Source: Candidatus Lustribacter sp.
GTDB taxonomy: Bacteria > Vulcanimicrobiota > Vulcanimicrobiia > Vulcanimicrobiales > Vulcanimicrobiaceae
Reading direction: 5' to 3'
NCBI GenBank assembly: GCA_965277805.1
Contig: OZ255842.1
Coordinates: 3,168,001 to 3,232,000 of the forward strand
Length of the DNA stretch: 64,000 nucleotides
The number at the start of each line of letters is the position of its first letter. The stretch's first letter is position 1. The notes beneath the pieces were generated by a model. That model was not told the origin of the DNA and made no database searches. It saw only the letters and a list, made by a program, of their open reading frames with translations. The position numbers and the translations under genes are program-made. Shown here piece after piece: positions 56,488 through 64,000 of the stretch.

Positions 56488-57318
56488 TTCGTCGACGACG
56501 GTATTCCGCAGAATACCGATCGAGCTGATCTCGATCTCGAACACGTCGCCGGCTTTCATCCAGAGCGGCGGCTTGCGGGTGAAGCCGACGCCCGCCGGCG
56601 TGCCGGTCGCGATCACGTCGCCCGGCTTCAACACCGACCACGAACTCAAATACGCGATCAAGAACGGGATGTCGAAGATCAAGTCGCCGGTCGACGCGCT
56701 CTGCATCACCTCGCCGTTCAGCTTGCCCGTGAGCGTGAGGGCGGCCGGATCGGGAATTTCGTCGGCCGTCACGAGCCACGGTCCGAACGCGCCGCTGTGG
56801 TGGAAATTCTTGCCCGGCGTGATCTGGCGTTCGTGGCGTCCGTAATCGCGCAGCGTGTGGTCGCCGAAACACGAGTAGCCCGCCACGTAGTCGAACGCGT
56901 GCTCTTTCGCAACGTGCCGGCCGGTTTTGCCGATGATCACGGCGAGTTCGGCTTCGAAATCGAATTCGGATGAGAGAAACGGCCGCACGATGGGCGTGTC
57001 GGGACCGACTTGCGAATCCGGAAAGCGCATGAACATCGACGGGTATGCTTTGTTCTCGCGGCCCGTTTCGCTCGTGTGCGACTTGTAATTCACGCCCGCG
57101 CAGTAGATCTTCTCGGGATCGGGCACCGGCTGCAGCAATTTCACCGCCGCGAGCGGCGCGCGCGCCGTCGTCTCGGCCAGCGCCGCCGCGATCGCGCGGT
57201 TGCCGGCGCCGAGCGCGGTCTTCAAACTCGGCCACGCGTGATCGAGCGGCGCGACCTCATCGCCGAGCACCGCTCCCCAGCGCTGCCGGTTATCGTGGTT
57301 GAACGTGGCCAGACGCAA
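56476..57318 (-). CDS. Fumarylacetoacetate hydrolase family protein
   Basis: KIYCAGVNY..H, FDFEAELAVIIG, PGKNF, PGDVIATGTPAGVG; TTG start with AGGAG RBS. Confidence 0.9.
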   Translation of the reverse strand: MRLATFNHDNRQRWGAVLGDEVAPLDHAWPSLKTALGAGNRAIAAALAETTARAPLAAVKLLQPVPDPEKIYCAGVNYKSHTSETGRENKAYPSMFMRFPDSQVGPDTPIVRPFLSSEFDFEAELAVIIGKTGRHVAKEHAFDYVAGYSCFGDHTLRDYGRHERQITPGKNFHHSGAFGPWLVTADEIPDPAALTLTGKLNGEVMQSASTGDLIFDIPFLIAYLSSWSVLKPGDVIATGTPAGVGFTRKPPLWMKAGDVFEIEISSIGILRNTVVDELHG

Positions 57319-57326
57319 ACGATCTC

Positions 57327-57950
57327 CTAATGCGAACGATTGCGCAACTCGCGCAAGGCAATCTGATAAAGCGTGGTGCGGTCGGCGTCGTGATCGCCGA
57401 GCGGCTGGAGCATCTTCAGCACGCCGAAGCCTCGCGCGGCCGACATCACCACCCGCCGGATCGCCGACAGCTCCGCCGCGCTGAGGCCGGCATCGCGAAA
57501 CAGCTCGTGCCACACGACGCCGTAACTCTCACGCGCTTCATCAAGCGAATCCGCCAGCCGCGTTGCCAGTGCCGGTTCGCCGGCGATGCTGAGGCTGATG
57601 CCCAGCACGGCCCGGAACGACGGGCCGGTGAACACCTCCCAATAGCGATCGACGATCGCCGCCACGCGCGCTTCGAGCGGCGCCTGCGCGAGCGCGGCGA
57701 CGTCGAACCGCAGGTTCAGTTCTTCGGACACGCGGTCGATCACCGCCACGATCAAGTCGGCCTTGGTGGCAAAGTGATGCTGCAGCGCGCCGCGGCTCAC
57801 GTTCGCCTGCTGCGCGATCAGCGTGGTCGTTGCCTCAACGTAACCGACGCGCTCGATGCACTCGATCGCGGCGACGATGAGGCGCTCGCGCGTTTCCGCG
57901 CTGCGCTGCTCTTGGCTGCGGCGCGCGCGCGGCGCCGCAAGGGCCGTCAC
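57327..57950 (-). CDS. TetR/AcrR family transcriptional regulator
   Basis: RSQEQRSAETRERLIVAA...TT..IAQQANVSRGALQHHFATKADL HTH; GTG overlaps the upstream TGA. Confidence 0.92.
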   Translation of the reverse strand: MTALAAPRARRSQEQRSAETRERLIVAAIECIERVGYVEATTTLIAQQANVSRGALQHHFATKADLIVAVIDRVSEELNLRFDVAALAQAPLEARVAAIVDRYWEVFTGPSFRAVLGISLSIAGEPALATRLADSLDEARESYGVVWHELFRDAGLSAAELSAIRRVVMSAARGFGVLKMLQPLGDHDADRTTLYQIALRELRNRSH

Positions 57951-59068
57951 TTGCCCTTGCGGCGCGGGCCGACGTATCCCGTGACGCCGGCTTGCGAACC
58001 GAGCGTGAGGATCGGGCCGTCCATCTCCTCTTGCCAGATCAGCGACTCCATGCCGATGTGCAGCGGATGGTCTTGTACGGTCAGCGTCGTGTTGCCGACC
58101 GGCGAGGCGCTCACGTAATGCGCGTGCTCGGACCAGCTCGGCGCCGAAAGCATCAGATCCCCGGCACCCCACTCATACGTCACATCGTCGACGACGCTCT
58201 TGCCGCCCGCACCGAGGAAGTAGTAGTTGATGGCAACCGAACTATGCCGATGCCCGCGGCCGACCGGACCGGGATCGCGGTTGGGCTCCTTGCCGGCCAA
58301 CGTCGCGAAGAAGCTGTGCGTCGTGCCGTTACGGCGCTCGGTTGCCGGATTGTAGAGCAGCAGAATGCGCCGGGCATCGGGATTGCCGCTGCTGCGCAGG
58401 TGCGGCCACACTGCCTTCCAGGGCCATAGGATTGCCTTCGACTCGAGCACCTCGATGTCGACCAGAAACTCGTAGCCGCGCAAGCGCGCACCTTCGGGCG
58501 TCACTTCGAAATCCGGTGCGTTTTCGCGCGCGTACTTGTTCTTCTGCTGCGTGCTGGTCGCGATCTCCGTATCGATCACGAGCGGTGCCGGGTTTTCTTC
58601 GAAGTAGTGCGCGCCGAGTTTTTCGAGCAGCGGCGCGTTCGAGTAGCTCAGGCGCGCCCACAGCTCCTTGCCGGTGTTGCGGTAGAAATACGTCTGCATC
58701 GCCGGCACGTTCCAAATGTCGTTCGCCTCGACCGCGAATTCGCGCTCGCCCGCGTGCACGACGCCCGTTCCGCCGATGACGATCTCGAGCTGGTTGGAAT
58801 TGCGCCGCACCGGCACGGTTTGTTCGCCCGGCTTGAGCACGTTGATCGTTACGTCGATGCCGGGCGAAAATCCGAGCCCGGGGCGTGTGGCTTGCGGGTG
58901 CACGATCAGCGCGGCCCGACGCCCGTTTGCCGGTCGCGGCTCCGACGCCAATCGTTCGATTTCATTGAGGATCGTCGCGCGGGGCACGACGATCGGCGAC
59001 CACGACTCGTTCGGCGCGTAGCCCGTGCCCGATACGTCGACCATGAATTCGTTGCGCTCGGATATCAT
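57947..59068 (-). CDS. Bicupin, gentisate 1,2-dioxygenase-like (paralogue 2)
   Basis: N-cupin VRRNSNQLE (no His); LYNPAT; C-cupin HRHSS...APSWSEHAH; QDHPL. Confidence 0.8.
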   Translation of the reverse strand: MISERNEFMVDVSGTGYAPNESWSPIVVPRATILNEIERLASEPRPANGRRAALIVHPQATRPGLGFSPGIDVTINVLKPGEQTVPVRRNSNQLEIVIGGTGVVHAGEREFAVEANDIWNVPAMQTYFYRNTGKELWARLSYSNAPLLEKLGAHYFEENPAPLVIDTEIATSTQQKNKYARENAPDFEVTPEGARLRGYEFLVDIEVLESKAILWPWKAVWPHLRSSGNPDARRILLLYNPATERRNGTTHSFFATLAGKEPNRDPGPVGRGHRHSSVAINYYFLGAGGKSVVDDVTYEWGAGDLMLSAPSWSEHAHYVSASPVGNTTLTVQDHPLHIGMESLIWQEEMDGPILTLGSQAGVTGYVGPRRKGK

Positions 59069-59072
59069 TGTG

Positions 59073-60203
59073 TCAATCTCCACGTTTACGCGGACCGACG
59101 TATCCCGTAACGCCGGCCTGCGAGCCAAGGGTAAGGATGGGAAGGTTGAGATCCTCTTGCCAGATGAGCGATTCCATCCCGATGTGCAGCGGGTGATCCT
59201 GAACGGTCAGCGAGACCGTTCCCGTCGGCGCCGGACGATACGAGTGCGCGTGGTCGGTCCAGCTCGGCGCAGCCAGCATCAGCGAGCCGCCGCCGAAATC
59301 GTAGCGCTCGCCGTCGACGATGCTGTAACCGCCGTCGCTGATGAAGCGATAGTTCACCGCCGCCGACGTGTGCCGGTGCCCGGCCGGTGCGGTTTTCTGC
59401 GGCGTATTCGGCGGCATGCCGCCGAGCGTTGCGAAAAAGCTGTGCGTCGTGCCGTTGCGCCGTTCGGTGGCCGGATTGTAGAGCAGCAGAATCCCGCGCG
59501 CATCGGGATTCCCGCTGATCGCCAGATGCGGACGAACGGCTTTCCACGGCCAGTGGATCGCCTTCGACTCGAGCACCTCGATGTCGACCAGAAACTCGTA
59601 GCCGCGCAGACGCGCGCCCTCCGGCGTTACCACGAAGTCGGGAGCATTTTCACGCGCGTACTTATTCTTCTGCTGCGTGCTGCTTGCGAGCGCGGCATCG
59701 ATCACGAGCGGCGGCGGATCTTCTTCGAAGTAGTGCGCGCCGAGTTTTTCGAGCAACGGCGCGTTCGAGTAGCTCAGCCGCGCCCACAATTCCGTGCCCG
59801 TGTTGCGATGCGTGTAGGTCTGCATCGCGGGAATGTTCCAGATGTCGTGATCTTCGGTCACGAACTGCTCGCCACCGGCGCGCACCGTACCGCTGCCGCC
59901 GATGCAGATCTCGAGCTGATTGGAGTTGCGGCGCACCGGCACGGTCTCTTCGCCCGGCTTGAGCACGTTGATCGTAACGTCGATGCCCGGCGCGAAGCCG
60001 AGGCCGGGCGCCGTAGCTTGCGGATGCACCACCAGCGCCGCCCGCCGGCCGTTGGCCGGACGCGGCTCATCGGCCAGGCGCGCGATCTCGGCCGCTATCT
60101 GCTCGCGCGAAACCACGACCGGTTTCCACGGCGTGCACTCGGCATAGCCCTCACCCGAAACGTCTTCTAAGGTGGCCTCCGCCGGCAGGGGCTTTACATA
60201 CAT
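59073..60203 (-). CDS. Bicupin, gentisate 1,2-dioxygenase-like (paralogue 1)
   Basis: Same architecture; HRHTS...APSWTDHAH; long identical stretches with paralogue 2. Confidence 0.8.
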   Translation of the reverse strand: MYVKPLPAEATLEDVSGEGYAECTPWKPVVVSREQIAAEIARLADEPRPANGRRAALVVHPQATAPGLGFAPGIDVTINVLKPGEETVPVRRNSNQLEICIGGSGTVRAGGEQFVTEDHDIWNIPAMQTYTHRNTGTELWARLSYSNAPLLEKLGAHYFEEDPPPLVIDAALASSTQQKNKYARENAPDFVVTPEGARLRGYEFLVDIEVLESKAIHWPWKAVRPHLAISGNPDARGILLLYNPATERRNGTTHSFFATLGGMPPNTPQKTAPAGHRHTSAAVNYRFISDGGYSIVDGERYDFGGGSLMLAAPSWTDHAHSYRPAPTGTVSLTVQDHPLHIGMESLIWQEDLNLPILTLGSQAGVTGYVGPRKRGD

Positions 60204-60220
60204 TCTGGAATGATTGTAAA
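60193..60220. promoter_or_regulatory. Candidate repressor operator, copy B (imperfect palindrome)
   Basis: TTTACATACATTC-TG-GAATGATTGTAAA, 13-bp arms with 2 mismatches, spanning both divergent starts. Confidence 0.75.
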
Positions 60221-61253
60221 CGTGCGCCGCATCCGTGTCAAGGCCGCCCTGCTCTGGGTCATCGTCGCCGTCTTCCTCGTGGGCCTAGTGCCCGGCGCCG
60301 GCCGCGCCGCCGACGCCGACGTCGTGAAGCTGATGTTCAATCCGGGCATCTACGACGCGCTGCCGTTGGAACTTGCGCTCGACAAGGGCTATTTTGCCGA
60401 CGCTCACCTCGACGTGCGCGTGACGAAGACGCCGGGTTCGCTCGGATTGATCGTACCGTTCCTGGCGCGCGGCGACATCGACGTTGCGCCGCAAGTGATG
60501 GTGCCGGCGTTCTTCAATCAGTACACGCAGGGCTTCGGCATCAAGGTCGTCGCGACGCTCGATGAAACGCACAAGGGCTGGAACGACACCGTCTACTTCA
60601 TGGTGCGTCAGGATTTGTGGAACACGAAGATTCGCAAACCGTCCGACCTGCGCGGCCTCAAACTGCCGAAGCCCACCGGTTCGCCAAACGATTTCCTGAC
60701 GCTGGAGATCCTCGCCAAAGCCGGGCTCACGATGTCCAACGTCAACATGAACGTGATGCTGACCGGCACGACGAGTTTTCTGCCGTCGCTGCTGAACAAA
60801 CAGTACGATGCACTGAGCGTGCCCGAACCATTGGCCACGCAGTTCGAGAAGCAGGGCATCGCACACCGGTGGCTCGGCTATCAGGACGTAATTCCGTACT
60901 ACCAGACCGGCTATCTTGCGATCTCGCCGCAGTTTGCCAAAGAACATCACGACGACGTCGGGCGCTTCGTGCAAGCCTACTTGCGCGCGTGCCGCGACAT
61001 CGCTGCGACCAACGGGAAGTGGACGCCCGAATTGATCGACGAAGTCGTGAAATGGTCGGGGCAGAGCCGTGACGTCATCGCAGCGATCCCCGGGCCGGCA
61101 TATCCCGGCATCGGCAAAATTTCGGTCGAATCGATAACCCGTCAAGAGCAGCTCTGGCTGCAACTCAACATGCTGCAGAAAAACGTGCCCATCGCGGAAC
61201 TCATCGACGAGTCCTACGCGCGCAACGCGCGTAAAGCGCTCGGCATCAAATAG
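60210..61253 (+). CDS. ABC transporter substrate-binding protein (NitT/TauT/SsuA-like)
   Basis: Signal peptide; ALDKGYFAD..LDV, LARGDID, IRKPSDLRG, EPLAT; start may be GTG 60222. Confidence 0.85.
   Translation: MIVNVRRIRVKAALLWVIVAVFLVGLVPGAGRAADADVVKLMFNPGIYDALPLELALDKGYFADAHLDVRVTKTPGSLGLIVPFLARGDIDVAPQVMVPAFFNQYTQGFGIKVVATLDETHKGWNDTVYFMVRQDLWNTKIRKPSDLRGLKLPKPTGSPNDFLTLEILAKAGLTMSNVNMNVMLTGTTSFLPSLLNKQYDALSVPEPLATQFEKQGIAHRWLGYQDVIPYYQTGYLAISPQFAKEHHDDVGRFVQAYLRACRDIAATNGKWTPELIDEVVKWSGQSRDVIAAIPGPAYPGIGKISVESITRQEQLWLQLNMLQKNVPIAELIDESYARNARKALGIK
60213..60241 (-). promoter_or_regulatory. Sigma70-type promoter of the cupin-cupin-tetR-FAH operon
   Basis: Minus strand TTGACA (60236-60241) - 17 nt - TACAAT (60213-60218); ATG 9 nt downstream. 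Confidence 0.8.
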
Positions 61254-61304
61254 CGACTTTTCCCTCTTCGCAGGCTGCCCGAACGGGCGGACAATAGTGC
61301 GGTT

Positions 61305-62528
61305 ATGAGCCAGCAAGCGATTCGGGCCGGAATACTGAGCCCGCGGCCCGCAGCAACGACCGCGTTCGGCGTGCTCGTCGCGATCAGTTACTGCCACTTC
61401 AGCAACGATTTGCTGCAGTCGCTACTGCCGGCAATTTATCCGAACCTCAAGCTAGCGCTCGGCCTCTCGTTTACCCAGATCGGTTTCGTGACGCTCGCCT
61501 ATCAGATCGTCGCATCGCTTTTGCAGCCGGTCGTTGGTCTCTTTTCCGACAAACGCCCGACGCCGCTGGCATTGCCGCTCGGCACGTTTTTCGCTATGGG
61601 CGGTCTGTGCGTGCTGGCCGTCGCGCACAATTACGGGCTGCTGGTTCTCGGCGCGTGTCTGCTCGGCATCTCCTCGGCGATCTTCCATCCCGAAGCATCG
61701 CGCGTCGCGCGCATGGCCTCGGGCGGACAGCCGGGCCTCGCGCAATCGCTGTTTCAAGTCGGCGGCAACTTGGGCTCGGCCCTCGGGCCGCTGGCGGCCG
61801 CGCTCATCGTCGTGCGCTTCGGTCAAACGAGCCTCGTGTTCTTCGCGATGTTCGCGCTGCTCGCGGCAACCGTGTTGTGGTTCATCGCGCAGTGGTACCG
61901 CGCCGAGGGCCTCACGCGCCTCAAGGCCGCCGTGAAACGCCATCCGCTCGACGTGGCGATCCCGCACCGCCAAGTCGTCACCGCCATCGCGATCCTGCTC
62001 GTGCTGATCTTCTCGAAATACTTCTACCTCGTCAGCATCACGAATTACCTGACGTTCTACCTGATCGAGAAGTTCGGCGTCTCGGTACAGACCTCACAGC
62101 TACACCTGTTCATGTTCGTCGCCGCCGTTGCGGTGGGGACGATCGCGGGCGGCCCGCTCGGCGACCGCTTCGGCCGCAAGTACATCATCTGGTTTTCGAT
62201 CTTGGGCACGCTGCCGTTCACGCTGCTGCTGCCCCACGCCAATTTGTTCTGGACGGGCCCGCTCACGATGATCATCGGCTTGATCCTCGCCTCGGCGTTC
62301 CCGGCGATCGTGGTGTACGCGCAAGAACTCGTCCCGGGCAAGATCGGCACGGTCTCCGGAATGTTCTTCGGCTTCGCATTCGGGATGGCCGGACTCGGCG
62401 CCGCGGTGCTCGGCCTGCTCGCCGATCGCGCCGGCATCGAGTTCGTCTACGGTGTCTGCGCGTTCTTGCCGGCGATCGGACTCTTCGCGGGCTTCCTCCC
62501 GCAAATCGAACGAGCGCCGGCGGCATAA
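61305..62528 (+). CDS. MFS transporter (Fsr/fosmidomycin-resistance family)
   Basis: HFSNDLLQSLLPAIYP, FHPEASRVAR, AQSLFQVGGN, GPLGDRFGRK. Confidence 0.9.
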   Translation: MSQQAIRAGILSPRPAATTAFGVLVAISYCHFSNDLLQSLLPAIYPNLKLALGLSFTQIGFVTLAYQIVASLLQPVVGLFSDKRPTPLALPLGTFFAMGGLCVLAVAHNYGLLVLGACLLGISSAIFHPEASRVARMASGGQPGLAQSLFQVGGNLGSALGPLAAALIVVRFGQTSLVFFAMFALLAATVLWFIAQWYRAEGLTRLKAAVKRHPLDVAIPHRQVVTAIAILLVLIFSKYFYLVSITNYLTFYLIEKFGVSVQTSQLHLFMFVAAVAVGTIAGGPLGDRFGRKYIIWFSILGTLPFTLLLPHANLFWTGPLTMIIGLILASAFPAIVVYAQELVPGKIGTVSGMFFGFAFGMAGLGAAVLGLLADRAGIEFVYGVCAFLPAIGLFAGFLPQIERAPAA

Positions 62529-62532
62529 CCGT

Positions 62533-63600
62533 TTACTGCGATTTTTCCTCGGCGAACTTCACCAGGAGTTCGATCGCTTTGGTTTCCATTTCGTCGAGTT
62601 CGTTGACGGGCGTCGTTGCGAGCGCCCGTTTTTCTTTGACGAATGCCTGGTGCGCGGCGTAAGCCTCTTGCGCCGCTTCGGGCGTATCGGTGCACTTCTT
62701 GAAGTGCTCGAGTAGCGAGAGCGGGAGCGGGCTGTTCGGCAATTGCGCGCGGCGCAACTCGAACTCTTTGCCGTTGCGGGTGAAGTCGAAGACGCCGTCG
62801 AGGATATTCTCCAACCGGCGGTCGTACGGCAGCGCGCTCAGCCCCTTGCGGGTATCGCGCAGAATCAGGTAGGCATCCGGGCCGAATTGGTCGATGCGCA
62901 CGAACATGACGCCGCTGACGGGCATCTGGAACTTCTTCACGTCGCCTTCGCCGAAGGTGCGCAGACGCAGCTCCTCGTTGGAAACGCGGCCGGCGGCGAG
63001 CCGCTCGGCATAGCTTTCGCGCTCGGCGTTGATCTCGTCGACCTTGGCCTTGGTGCTTGCCAGCTCTTCGTCCTGATGGATCTCGGCTAGCCACTTCTCC
63101 GAGGTCGTGACCTCTTTCACGACCTGCGGCGCACGTTCGAGCGCCTTCTGCATCTCGATCTCGACCTGGGGTTCGTTGTGTTCGATCCGGCGGATGTTGC
63201 TGGCCGCGTTTTCGGCCGCTTTCCACGCGTCTTGCGCGGCGTGATAGAGCTTGTTCGCCGCGCCGAGACTCCTCATGTTCTCGATCATCGACGGCTCGAC
63301 GATGCGCGTCTTTTTGACGTGCGCGGGACAGACTTTGCGGTAGGCTTCGCGCGCGGCCTCGAGGGCTTCGGTACGCCGATTCCACTCGGCATTCGCTTCT
63401 GCGAGTTCTTCCCGGAGCTCCTCGCGCTTGGAGGACGCGTTGCGACGGACCGAACTGTCGTACTCGGACGCAAAGTCTTTGATGCGCCGCTCGATCATGG
63501 ATTTGTAGCGGGCCTGGACCCGCTCGTCTTCGCGAAAATTTGGTACCGCCGGGGGCGGCGGACCTTGGGGACGGACTTCTGGTGTTGTCATGGTGGCCAT
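62533..63600 (-). CDS. Hypothetical coiled-coil protein
   Basis: Long Glu/Arg/Lys/Ala-rich helical region plus a small C-terminal alpha/beta domain. Confidence 0.75.
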   Translation of the reverse strand: MATMTTPEVRPQGPPPPAVPNFREDERVQARYKSMIERRIKDFASEYDSSVRRNASSKREELREELAEANAEWNRRTEALEAAREAYRKVCPAHVKKTRIVEPSMIENMRSLGAANKLYHAAQDAWKAAENAASNIRRIEHNEPQVEIEMQKALERAPQVVKEVTTSEKWLAEIHQDEELASTKAKVDEINAERESYAERLAAGRVSNEELRLRTFGEGDVKKFQMPVSGVMFVRIDQFGPDAYLILRDTRKGLSALPYDRRLENILDGVFDFTRNGKEFELRRAQLPNSPLPLSLLEHFKKCTDTPEAAQEAYAAHQAFVKEKRALATTPVNELDEMETKAIELLVKFAEEKSQ

Positions 63601-63668
63601 ACTCGGTTCCACATATGGGGGGTGTTTGTCGTGATCTAGACGGTCACTTTACCCTGCCATTTGCGGTC

Positions 63669-63697
63669 ATAATAGGCTTTTGCAGGGGATTCCGCAA
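63669..63697 (-). promoter_or_regulatory. Candidate sigma70 promoter for the coiled-coil gene
   Basis: Minus strand TTGCGG (63692-63697) - 17 nt - TATTAT (63669-63674). Confidence 0.5.
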
Positions 63698-63873
63698 CGC
63701 ATTTCGGGCGCGTTTTGTCAATGCTTGGTGCCGGTTTCGTCAATGCATTGTAGCGCTGGCGTTCCCTCTGGTTTACGCTTCTTTACAGATGCTCCCGGGT
63801 GCTAGCCGGGGGATTGAGGCTTGGCGGGCAGAACTTTGATAATGCTCACTCCCGCCTAGGAGGCCAGTAGGAA

Positions 63874-64000
63874 ATGGCTACCGGAGTCGCCGCCCCAGCA
63901 CCGTCAGCGAATATCGCCGATCAACGGATCACGCTCTCGCCGGTCGGAACCATTCAGGACACCACCGCGAAGCTCACGATCGAGTCGATCGGCATCACGC
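63874..64000 (+). CDS. Partial (3'-truncated) CDS, function not assignable
   Basis: AGGAGG/AGGA upstream; open to the window end (MATGVAAPAPSANIADQRITLSP...). Confidence 0.6.
   Translation, partial: MATGVAAPAPSANIADQRITLSPVGTIQDTTAKLTIESIGIT

Overview
GC-rich bacterial chromosomal window, densely coding, with no tRNA, rRNA, CRISPR array or transposase that I can support. The gene style suggests Candidatus Eremiobacterota/Vulcanimicrobiia (many orphan NitT/TauT-type binding proteins, leaderless-looking starts, an rpsR-rplI-lonC-dnaB block); this taxonomy is inference only. Most of the window is aromatic or heterocycle catabolism. (i) At 2.1-17 kb a cluster encodes a phthalate-dioxygenase-type Rieske oxygenase, two Zn dehydrogenases, two 4,5-dihydroxyphthalate-decarboxylase-like proteins, a PanB-like enzyme and a lower meta-cleavage pathway; it is headed by two small cupins rather than a catechol 2,3-dioxygenase. 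(ii) A second oxygenase homologue has its whole [2Fe-2S]-binding segment deleted in frame. (iii) ligJ-ligI-tannase. (iv) At 55-61 kb a TetR-containing module has two convergent operons sharing a 23-bp operator-like motif over near-consensus promoters; it encodes tandem bicupins, an FAH-family enzyme, a mu-crystallin/OCD protein, a SnoaL-like protein and a binding protein. Housekeeping and other genes include dnaB, lonC, rplI, rpsR (long structured leader), cysteine synthase, motAB, clpS, a UvrA-like ATPase and bioAFDB. A family of TGTCA...TGACA palindromic intergenic repeats occurs four times, and one copy appears to supply the -35 box of the rpsR promoter. Several start codons were adjusted by eye from the ORF track.
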